NCBI RefSeq assembly: GCF_020969955.1
Contig: NZ_JAHDSX010000001.1
Location: 120,001-152,000, forward strand
Reading direction: 5' to 3'
DNA length: 32,000 bases
Source: Allobaculum fili
GTDB lineage: Bacteria > Bacillota_I > Bacilli_A > Erysipelotrichales > Erysipelotrichaceae
Below the pieces are notes generated by a model. The model had not been told where the DNA came from. It searched no databases and saw nothing but the letters and a program-made list of their open reading frames with translations. Below are positions 22,832 through 32,000 of the stretch, one piece after another (within the stretch, counting starts at the first letter, position 1; every line of letters starts with the position of its first letter). Position numbers and translations under genes: made by a program.

Positions 22832-23089
22832 ATGACGCAGAAACAGATCAAAATTCTTGGCTATGTGGGAAGCTTTCTTTCGATTCTCATGTATGTTTCC
22901 TACATTTCGCAGATCCTCAATAATGTGCATGGCGTAAAAGGCACCTGGATCCAGCCGCTTTGCGCCTGCATTAACTGTGTGATCTGGACGGTTTACGGTT
23001 TGATGATCAAGCCGAAACAATGGCCGCTCGTACTGGCCAACGTGCCGGGAATCTTTCTTGGCCTGATCACATTTCTTACCGCGCTCTAG
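22832..23089 (+). CDS. SemiSWEET (PQ-loop/MtN3 half-transporter) sugar transporter (85 aa)
   Basis: Three TM segments. ILGYVGSFLSILMYVSYISQI... and ...WPLVLANVPGIFLGLITF resemble known bacterial SemiSWEETs (iGyvaa.l...sfipQ; P.ilaNv). ATG at 22832. The longer track ORFs add non-protein-like N-termini. Confidence 0.7.
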   Translation: MTQKQIKILGYVGSFLSILMYVSYISQILNNVHGVKGTWIQPLCACINCVIWTVYGLMIKPKQWPLVLANVPGIFLGLITFLTAL

Positions 23090-23137
23090 AATCTGGCACT
23101 TTCCAGCGGAAAAACCAGAAATCTGCAGCGCAGGGCG

Positions 23138-23188
23138 AAAAAGCCCGCATGCATCCCTGCTGACGATGTGTGCGGGCTTTTTCTTTGT
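23138..23188 (+). terminator. Rho-independent terminator after the SemiSWEET gene
   Basis: aaaaagcccgca (23138-23149) pairs with tgcgggcttttt (23171-23182), then TTTTTCTTTG. Confidence 0.7.
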
Positions 23189-23217
23189 CCCAGACATCCC
23201 GTTTTTTCGATCAATAT

Positions 23218-25445
<2,228 letters not shown>

Positions 25446-25451
25446 AAATCC

Positions 25452-26891
25452 GTGAACTACTCTGTACAGAACCGTTTTTCGCAGGCGATGACAGAGACAA
25501 AGCGATCCGAGGCCGCCAATAGCCCGGATCGCCTTTGCTTTCATATCATGCCTCCCGTCGGATGGCTCAACGACCCCAACGGGCTCTGCGAAAAAGACGG
25601 CATCAACCATATTTACTATCAGTTCGCCCCCGAAAGCGCGGCTGGAAACACCGCAAAAGGCTGGGGCCACTGCACCACGAAAGACTGGATTCACTACACA
25701 GAACAGCCGGTGCCGCTTTTTCCGGACAGCCTGCTCGATGAAGGCGGTGCCTACTCTGGAAGCGCGCTGGTTTGCGACGATGGAAAAATTCGCTGCTTTT
25801 ATACTGGCAACCGAAAGCTGCCCGGCGAGCATGACTACATTTATGAAGGCCGTCAGCACTGGACGTGCATGACGGAATCCACAGACGGAACGCTTCTGGA
25901 AAACAAGCAGGTGCTGCTCAAAAACGAAGACTATCCCAAAAACATGAGCTGTCATGTGCGCGATCCGAAAGTCAGGAAAGACCAGGACGGCTACCGGATG
26001 ATTCTTGGTGCCCGCACCCGTCAGGATCAGGGCATGGCTTTGCTCTATACGAGTAAAGACCTGAAAAACTGGACGCTTTCCGGAACGATCGAGGGGAAAG
26101 AAGACTACGGCTATATGTGGGAATGTCCGGATTTTCTGGAACTCGACAAAGCTGCGCTGCTGCTCACCTGTCTGCAGGGAGCGCCCCAAAAGGGATACGA
26201 ATACGAAAACCTGTACCCTTCTGGATATTTCCAGCTTGAGAAAAACCCAGACAAAAAGGGAAGCTGGATCGCCGGCGAATTCCGGGCTCTGGATCATGGC
26301 TTTGATTTTTACGCCCCGCAGACGTTTGTCGATGAAAACGGCCGGCGCATTCTGATTGGCTGGATGGGTATTCCGGATGTGGAGTATACCAACCGGGAAG
26401 CAAAATCGAACTGGCAGCACGCGCTGACGCTGCCTAGAGAACTGACCTGGAAAGACGGTCAGATTTACCAGTACCCCATTGAAGAAATGTTCCAGCTCGC
26501 GCAAAACGAATCGTCCAGAAGCCTTGAACTCGAACCGGGAAAGGCGGCCAGACTGGATGATCGCGTCTGTCTGATCGAATTGGAAAACGATCAGAAAGAC
26601 TGGTCCATTTCGCTGCGTCACGATCTGACGCTCTCGGGGCATAATGGTGTTGTCAGACTTGAACTCCATCAAAGCGGTCTTGGCCGCACGACACGCCATG
26701 CGTACTGTCCGGACGTGCGCCAAATCACGATCTTCTCCGATACGTCATCCGTGGAGATTTTCATCAATCATGGCCAGGTTGCTTTTACTACAAGACTTTA
26801 CGATGCGCCCGAAGATCGCAGTCTGAAAGCGGACGTGCGCATGAAGGCCATAATTACTCCCCTTGCCTCGTTTGAAATCGCCAGAGCCTGA
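25452..26891 (+). CDS. scrB: Sucrose-6-phosphate hydrolase (GH32, 479 aa)
   Basis: GH32 catalytic motifs WLNDPNG, RDP (HVRDPKV) and EC (MWECPDF). GTG start at 25452, 11 nt after AAGGAG. The exact start is uncertain. Confidence 0.9.
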   Translation: MNYSVQNRFSQAMTETKRSEAANSPDRLCFHIMPPVGWLNDPNGLCEKDGINHIYYQFAPESAAGNTAKGWGHCTTKDWIHYTEQPVPLFPDSLLDEGGAYSGSALVCDDGKIRCFYTGNRKLPGEHDYIYEGRQHWTCMTESTDGTLLENKQVLLKNEDYPKNMSCHVRDPKVRKDQDGYRMILGARTRQDQGMALLYTSKDLKNWTLSGTIEGKEDYGYMWECPDFLELDKAALLLTCLQGAPQKGYEYENLYPSGYFQLEKNPDKKGSWIAGEFRALDHGFDFYAPQTFVDENGRRILIGWMGIPDVEYTNREAKSNWQHALTLPRELTWKDGQIYQYPIEEMFQLAQNESSRSLELEPGKAARLDDRVCLIELENDQKDWSISLRHDLTLSGHNGVVRLELHQSGLGRTTRHAYCPDVRQITIFSDTSSVEIFINHGQVAFTTRLYDAPEDRSLKADVRMKAIITPLASFEIARA

Positions 26892-26993
26892 GGCTGCAGA
26901 CGGCGAGCGTGTGCAGGATGGTCTGTCCTGAAGTAAACAAGAACAAGAAAAAGAACAAGAAAGAGAAAGAGAAACCAAACAGAGGAAACCGGT

Positions 26994-27986
26994 ATGACTC
27001 AATCCGTAAAAACAATCGATGTGACAGCCCTGGGCGAAATTCTGATTGATTTCACCATGCAGGGTGTAAACAGCCAGAATATGAACGTCTTTGCCCAGTA
27101 CCCCGGAGGAGCTCCAGGCAATGTCTGCGTGCAGGTCAGCCGTCTTGGCGGACAGGTCGCTTTCATGGGAAAAGTCGGTCTGGACATGCACGGCCGTCTG
27201 CTCAAAACGGTTCTGGATCAGGAGGGCATTTCCACACGAAACCTGATCGAAGATCAGGAGCATTTCACCACCCTCGCTTTCGTATCCGTAGACGAAAACG
27301 GCGAGCGGGAATTTTCCTTTGCCCGCAAACCGGGTGCGGATACGCAAATCTGTTTTGAAGAGCTCGATCTGAACGAGCTGCAGCAGGCGAAAATCTTTCA
27401 TGTTGGCTCGCTTTCTCTGACCGCCGAACCTGCCTGCAGCACAACGCTTCAGGCAATCGACTTTGCGAAAAAATGCGGCGCCCTGATCAGCTACGATCCA
27501 AACTATCGCGCCAGTCTGTGGCCCGATGAAGAAACAGCGATTGAAAAAATGCGCAGCCTGATTTCTTCGGCGGATCTGATGAAGATTTCCGATGAGGAAA
27601 CGGAGCTGCTTACCGGAAAGGCCGACCCGGAAGAAGCCGCCAGAGCGCTCGTCGAGCAGGGCGTAACGATTGCGGTCATCACCCTGGGCAAGGACGGCGC
27701 CCTGGCGGCGACAAAAGATTTCGTCGTACGCGCCGGCGGATTTAAAAGTCAGCTGGCCGATACCAACGGAGCCGGCGACTCGTTCTGGGGATCTTTCCTG
27801 GAGCAGATTGCCAGAAGTCCAATCGAACCGGGTCAGCTCGATTCGAAAACGCTTGGACAGATGCTGGAAAACGCCAACGCCTGCGCAGCCCTGACCGTTC
27901 AGAAGCCCGGCGCCATTCCCGCGATGCCTGCGGCAGCGGAAGTCAACGCCTTTCTGGAAGCCAGCGGACGCAAAGCAGCGTTCTGA
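26994..27986 (+). CDS. scrK: Fructokinase, PfkB-family carbohydrate kinase (330 aa)
   Basis: PfkB signatures GGAPGNV near the N-terminus and DTNGAGDSF near the C-terminus. RBS GAGGAAA. Confidence 0.85.
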   Translation: MTQSVKTIDVTALGEILIDFTMQGVNSQNMNVFAQYPGGAPGNVCVQVSRLGGQVAFMGKVGLDMHGRLLKTVLDQEGISTRNLIEDQEHFTTLAFVSVDENGEREFSFARKPGADTQICFEELDLNELQQAKIFHVGSLSLTAEPACSTTLQAIDFAKKCGALISYDPNYRASLWPDEETAIEKMRSLISSADLMKISDEETELLTGKADPEEAARALVEQGVTIAVITLGKDGALAATKDFVVRAGGFKSQLADTNGAGDSFWGSFLEQIARSPIEPGQLDSKTLGQMLENANACAALTVQKPGAIPAMPAAAEVNAFLEASGRKAAF

Positions 27987-28201
27987 GCGGTTCCCCTCGG
28001 ATGGGCGGGTATAGATTGGCATCGATCGGTACAGAGCGGTATGGATGCACGAAGAGTTGCATTGACTGGCCTGCGTGAGGAAAATGAAACGCAAAGGTAA
28101 GGCAGAAACAGCCTGAATCGATCGCCGCCTTATGCGGCGAAACGAATAGAGAAGCAAGACAGGAAGCACCTGAAAAGGCAGCAGCTCCGGGAGGCAGGAA
28201 T

Positions 28202-29206
28202 ATGGAAAAACTGACGATGGCAGATATTGCCAAAGCGGCGGGGGTCGGGAAAAGTACCGTTTCGCGCTATTTCAACCACGGCTATGTCAGCGAGGACGCC
28301 CGTTCAAAAATTTCGGCGGTCGTTCGCAGGACCGGATTCGAGCCGAGCGTGGCTGCCCAGAATCTGCGCTCTAAGGAGTCGCATACGATCGGTATTATCG
28401 CGCCGACGATGACGAGTACCGTCACGGGGCGTCAGCTGACGGTCATTGATGAAACGCTGCGTGCAGAAGGCTACAGCTGCATTATCATGACCGCCCATCA
28501 TCATCGCGAACGTGAAATTTCCGCTATCGAATACATGCGCTCGCTGAAACTGGATGGCGTCATTCTCATTGCCACGACCATCGATGAAAAGCTGGAAAGC
28601 CTGCAGAAATCGAGCAATGTTCCGTTTCTGGTCATGGGCCAGGAATTTGAAAGCGGCGTTTCGGTCGTTTACGACGATTACCGCGCAGGTCGGGATGCCG
28701 GCCGATACGCCCGAAAGATGGGCCATGACGATGTCGTCTACGTTGGCGTCTCCCCAAACGATCAGGCCGTTGGCGTTACCCGTAAACAGGGCGTACAGGA
28801 TGGCCTGAAGCAGGAAGGGGACGAGATGAAAAGCTTTGCTTTTGTGGAAACGTCCTTTTCCTATGAAGAAGCCAAAGAAGCCTGCGATCGCATTCTCGAT
28901 GAACACGTTCCGACGATGATGATCTGCGCGACCGATAAAATCTGTCTGGCCGCGTACAAATCGCTCAGTGAACGGGGACTTCACGTTCCGGAAGATGTTT
29001 CCCTGATCGGGTTTGGCGGCTATGAAGCCGGTCAGCTTCTTACGCCGGCGCTCACGTCCATTCGGTTTAAAAACGAAGAAGCCGGAGTGCTTGCCGCAAA
29101 GACGCTGATTTCCATGATTCGCAATGAGCCGGTCAGCCGCATGCAGACGATCGGCTACGAATGGAGTTATGGCGATTCGGTTCTCGATCGAACGAAAACG
29201 AACTGA
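28202..29206 (+). CDS. scrR: LacI-family transcriptional repressor, probable sucrose regulon repressor (334 aa)
   Basis: HTH MADIAKAAGVGKSTVSRYFNHGYVSEDARSKI plus a periplasmic-binding-protein-like core. RBS GGGAGG with 7-nt spacing. Confidence 0.85.
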   Translation: MEKLTMADIAKAAGVGKSTVSRYFNHGYVSEDARSKISAVVRRTGFEPSVAAQNLRSKESHTIGIIAPTMTSTVTGRQLTVIDETLRAEGYSCIIMTAHHHREREISAIEYMRSLKLDGVILIATTIDEKLESLQKSSNVPFLVMGQEFESGVSVVYDDYRAGRDAGRYARKMGHDDVVYVGVSPNDQAVGVTRKQGVQDGLKQEGDEMKSFAFVETSFSYEEAKEACDRILDEHVPTMMICATDKICLAAYKSLSERGLHVPEDVSLIGFGGYEAGQLLTPALTSIRFKNEEAGVLAAKTLISMIRNEPVSRMQTIGYEWSYGDSVLDRTKTN

Positions 29207-29230
29207 AATCCAAAGAAAAGAAAAAATGAG

Positions 29231-29277
29231 AAAGGGCCGGCAGAAATGTGAATATGCATGTTCAGCCGGTCCTTTTT
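29231..29277. terminator. Bidirectional terminator between convergent scrR and the helical-repeat gene
   Basis: aaagggccggc (29231-29241) pairs with gccggtccttt (29265-29275, one G.U pair), then TTTTTG on the plus strand. On the minus strand the flank is T-rich (complement of gaaaagaaaaaatgag). Confidence 0.65.
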
Positions 29278-29343
29278 GTCGTATGTCAACGGTCTGGAGG
29301 AGGATGGCGGAATGCGGTTATTTCACAAAGCCGGCTTTACGCT

Positions 29344-30435
29344 TTAGTCCGTCATGCTTTTCAGATCATTGAGGCGATTTTCATAGCGAAGAATATCCGT
29401 TTTGTCCTCGGTTACGGCTTTCGTGAGCACGATACCAACGCAAAGAAGAAGCTTAAGCTTGCGCACAATCTCTGGCTTATCTTCTGGGTCATCCTCTGGA
29501 ACGGGCGTTTCCATCAAAAACGGCTCAATTTGATCAAACAGAGCTTTCGCCTCTTTATACTGGCGATTGCTGTAATACATGCCTAACGTAAATTCGCTGG
29601 CTTTCACCATTTGGAGAATGTTGATGCTGCAGGGAAAGAGGTTGAGCTTATGGGCGGCCAGAAGCATAGAACGCCGGTAATACAGGAGGGCACGGGTTCG
29701 ATCGTTCAAGTACCTGGCGATATGACCGAGCTGGGCGAAGGCCGCATACCAGTAGTCCCACTCGTCTTTTTTCAGAATGCCCCCGCTTTTCGTAAACTGC
29801 GTGCAGAGCGGATCGATTGTTTTGAATACCTTGAAGGCTGCTTCGTCCTGATGACAAGCCTGATATGCTGTTCCGCAGCGAAACAGAGCCAGCAGATAAT
29901 AATGAAAAATCGTATTGTCGGATTTTCTGGCATAGACACTTTCGTAAAAATGGACTTTCAGACAGGCAAGCGGAATTTTCCATGTTTTGTCCGGCAGAGA
30001 ATTGTGGATGGCTTCTGCATCTGCCATCCAGATTTCAAAGAGACGCGCCGCGGTACGCATCTCTTTGCCGTTTGGTGTGCAGCACAGAGCAAGGCAGATC
30101 AGAATTTCGCAGCTTTGCGATTCGAGTTCATACGAGGTGAGTGAAAAATCCTTCAGAGCGATGACCAGCGTATCCATCAGCTCGAGTGCGGAATACTCCT
30201 CCTCAGGGGCAGCCAGACGGGAAAACTGGGTGCTGAGTTTTTGAAACGAGGTGAGAAATGCCTGCGGATTTTGGAAATGCAGACAAATGGACGCAAATTC
30301 TTTTTCCAGTACACGCCAGGTGTTCCAGAACTCGGCGGCATCTTTGTCCTTAAGATCAAACGGTCCGCACGTCAGACTCTCCATCCATTTCAGTCCGTCT
30401 TCGCAGAACTGACGGGCTTTTTCATACTCCTCCAA
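29344..30435 (-). CDS. TPR-like all-helical repeat protein, distal segment (363 aa ORF). It reads as an in-frame continuation of the upstream ORF across a TAG.
   Basis: The ORF-track start is a TTG with no RBS. The 34 codons between it and the TAG at 30538-30540 are open, in the same frame, and TPR-like (SFSLAARACSALEEYEKARQFCEDGL). Confidence 0.55.
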   Translation of the reverse strand: MEEYEKARQFCEDGLKWMESLTCGPFDLKDKDAAEFWNTWRVLEKEFASICLHFQNPQAFLTSFQKLSTQFSRLAAPEEEYSALELMDTLVIALKDFSLTSYELESQSCEILICLALCCTPNGKEMRTAARLFEIWMADAEAIHNSLPDKTWKIPLACLKVHFYESVYARKSDNTIFHYYLLALFRCGTAYQACHQDEAAFKVFKTIDPLCTQFTKSGGILKKDEWDYWYAAFAQLGHIARYLNDRTRALLYYRRSMLLAAHKLNLFPCSINILQMVKASEFTLGMYYSNRQYKEAKALFDQIEPFLMETPVPEDDPEDKPEIVRKLKLLLCVGIVLTKAVTEDKTDILRYENRLNDLKSMTD

Positions 30436-30537
30436 AGCAGAACAGGCACGGGCGGCCAGAGAAAAGGAATCGGGCCAGCTGCACTGGCTGTTTAGCGGCA
30501 GACCAAGAGAAGACGCGGTTTTACCGTGTTTGATGGA

Positions 30538-31956
30538 CTATAAGGCGTGGGCACAGGCCTGCGAATGATTTTCCTGCTGCAGATAAAGGCTTGCTATTTC
30601 ATGATGAATCAAAGACAGTTTGTCTTCCTTCAGGGGATGGAGAGTTTCCGGATCAAAGCGCATCCAGATGTTCAGAGCTTCTTTCCAGGCAATAAGACTG
30701 TCTTCCGGACGGCTGAAATAATCGATTCGCGCAAGATCCATCCAGCTTTCTGCATAGTTTCTGTACGTGGTTTCATCCGGGTGGATCTGGATGGCCTGCG
30801 CATGCAGATCGATCAGGAGCTGAAACACAGACCGTCGAAGCGCTTCATTTTTGGAATCCCATACGGCATCTCGCAGCAGATTCGTCATGTCCAGCCAGTC
30901 TTCGAGCTGCGCGGGGAATAAATCCGTATGGGAGAGGTACTTCACGGCGCTTTGGCAGGCTTCCTCCATCGCCTGATCCGCTTTTTGGGGCGCACCGGCT
31001 TCCAGATAGCACAGCGCCAGATGGGCCAGAAGCGCCGTCGGATGGTGTCCCGGATAGTTTGCAATTTCCTGTTCAGAATGAATGCGGGTCAGACTGACCC
31101 CTGTTTCCAGACTTCGGCAGGCGGCGTCGCAGTCTTCGAGCTTTTTAAGAATCCGTCGGGCGGCATCCCACAGCACTTCCTCAAATTGAACTGGAATACC
31201 GCTTTCCAGAAGCGAAGCAGGAAGAGACTGCGCTCGACTGGCGCCAATATGATCCAGAGCCAGATCGATCCAGGAGAGCGCGGTGTACAGCTTTCCCCGC
31301 TCTTCATAAAACTGAGCGGCATTGTACATATCCACCGCATTTTTCGGGATTCGAAGCGGCTTCCTCTCTTCTTTGATCTGTCCGTTTTTTACGGAATACT
31401 TCGGCCCGGTTAGTTTCTGAAGATGATTTAAAGCCCTCTGATAGCAGTGATCGGCCGAAAGCCAGTCGTTATTTTGTTCGCTGATCTCTGCACGGCAGAA
31501 CAGGCAGGCGATCATCTCCTTTCTGGCTTCCTGGGATTCCTTGAGCCGGACAAGAAGAGAATGCATAGCTGCATCCACGCATTTTATGGCTTCATCCGTC
31601 CGGTTCAGTTTACGGTACGCCTCGGCCATGGTTCTGCGAACAGCGGCCTGCAGAATATCCTGCTCCAGAGTAACTGCATCCGCTTCGAGAAAGCGCGAAT
31701 ACGTTTCGATGCAAAGACGGTACTGACCGGCCGCATATTCCTGGTCTGCCTGATTTAACAGCCTCTGATTTTCGATGGAACGCGCCTGCGTCTGAGAAAG
31801 AAAGCCGCTTTTGTCCGCCAGTTTCTCCATCTGCTTGCAAAGCTCGCTTTCTTTTCTGAAGTCCTGCTGTTCCTGGGCCAGCCGGACTTCCAGCTCCAGA
31901 ATCTGGTATTTCCAGCCGCAGGCAAGATCGGTCAGTTCCCTGGGAACCTTTTTCAT
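30538..31956 (-). CDS. TPR-like all-helical repeat protein, proximal segment (at least 472 aa)
   Basis: Repeated A..Y......A......AL-type helical hairpins throughout. A possible start is MKKVPREL at 31956 (GGAG 4 nt upstream). However, the same frame stays open to position 32000 (..PEDAKKTIAQFWSW), so the gene may begin beyond the window. Confidence 0.6.
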   Translation of the reverse strand: MKKVPRELTDLACGWKYQILELEVRLAQEQQDFRKESELCKQMEKLADKSGFLSQTQARSIENQRLLNQADQEYAAGQYRLCIETYSRFLEADAVTLEQDILQAAVRRTMAEAYRKLNRTDEAIKCVDAAMHSLLVRLKESQEARKEMIACLFCRAEISEQNNDWLSADHCYQRALNHLQKLTGPKYSVKNGQIKEERKPLRIPKNAVDMYNAAQFYEERGKLYTALSWIDLALDHIGASRAQSLPASLLESGIPVQFEEVLWDAARRILKKLEDCDAACRSLETGVSLTRIHSEQEIANYPGHHPTALLAHLALCYLEAGAPQKADQAMEEACQSAVKYLSHTDLFPAQLEDWLDMTNLLRDAVWDSKNEALRRSVFQLLIDLHAQAIQIHPDETTYRNYAESWMDLARIDYFSRPEDSLIAWKEALNIWMRFDPETLHPLKEDKLSLIHHEIASLYLQQENHSQACAHAL

Positions 31957-32000
31957 CCAGCTCCAGAACTGCGCAATCGTCTTTTTTGCATCCTCTGGAC

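Noticed and set aside
30538-30540. In-frame TAG as pyrrolysine or an alternative genetic code
   Set aside because: TAG terminates oppC, the acetyltransferase and the SemiSWEET gene at positions consistent with normal protein ends. No pyl genes or methylamine methyltransferase context are visible. A nonsense mutation or sequencing error is far more likely.

Overview
This window looks like a chromosomal segment from a Gram-positive, Clostridia-like genome. The evidence is AGGAGG-type ribosome-binding sites (RBS), a lipoprotein substrate-binding protein, a sucrose PTS, and FIVAR and Listeria-Bacteroides repeat modules. All calls were made by eye from motifs; no searches were run.

Gene content, left to right:
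- A TetR regulator plus two membrane proteins (a 7-TM protein of unknown function and a DUF2871 protein), with a palindromic operator inside their promoter.
- azlCD, a branched-chain amino-acid exporter pair.
- A complete oppABCDF peptide ABC transporter operon on the minus strand.
- A YghZ/Gpr-type aldo-keto reductase.
- About 1 kb of structured non-coding DNA.
- A 1,858-aa secreted multidomain protein with three LamG-like lectin modules, two SGNH/GDSL esterase modules (one apparently degenerate) and a FIVAR-like helical tail.
- A 1.1-kb divergent intergenic region containing a 13-bp tandem repeat.
- A small hexapeptide O-acetyltransferase, a DmpA/S58 (P1) peptidase, and a membrane-anchored DUF218/YdcF protein.
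- A 5'-truncated surface-protein fragment.
- A SemiSWEET gene followed by a sucrose regulon: scrA (PTS EIIBCA), scrB (GH32), scrK (fructokinase) and scrR (LacI family).
- On the minus strand at the right edge, a very large TPR-like helical-repeat gene split by one in-frame TAG.

I found no CRISPR array, rRNA or tRNA gene, transposase, integrase or recognisable defence system. The least ordinary part is 11.1-19.2 kb: the giant lectin/esterase gene, its unusually long flanking non-coding regions with repeats, and the divergent acetyltransferase. The interrupted helical-repeat gene at 29.3-32.0 kb is the second candidate. Many long antisense ORFs in the track are shadow ORFs of real genes.
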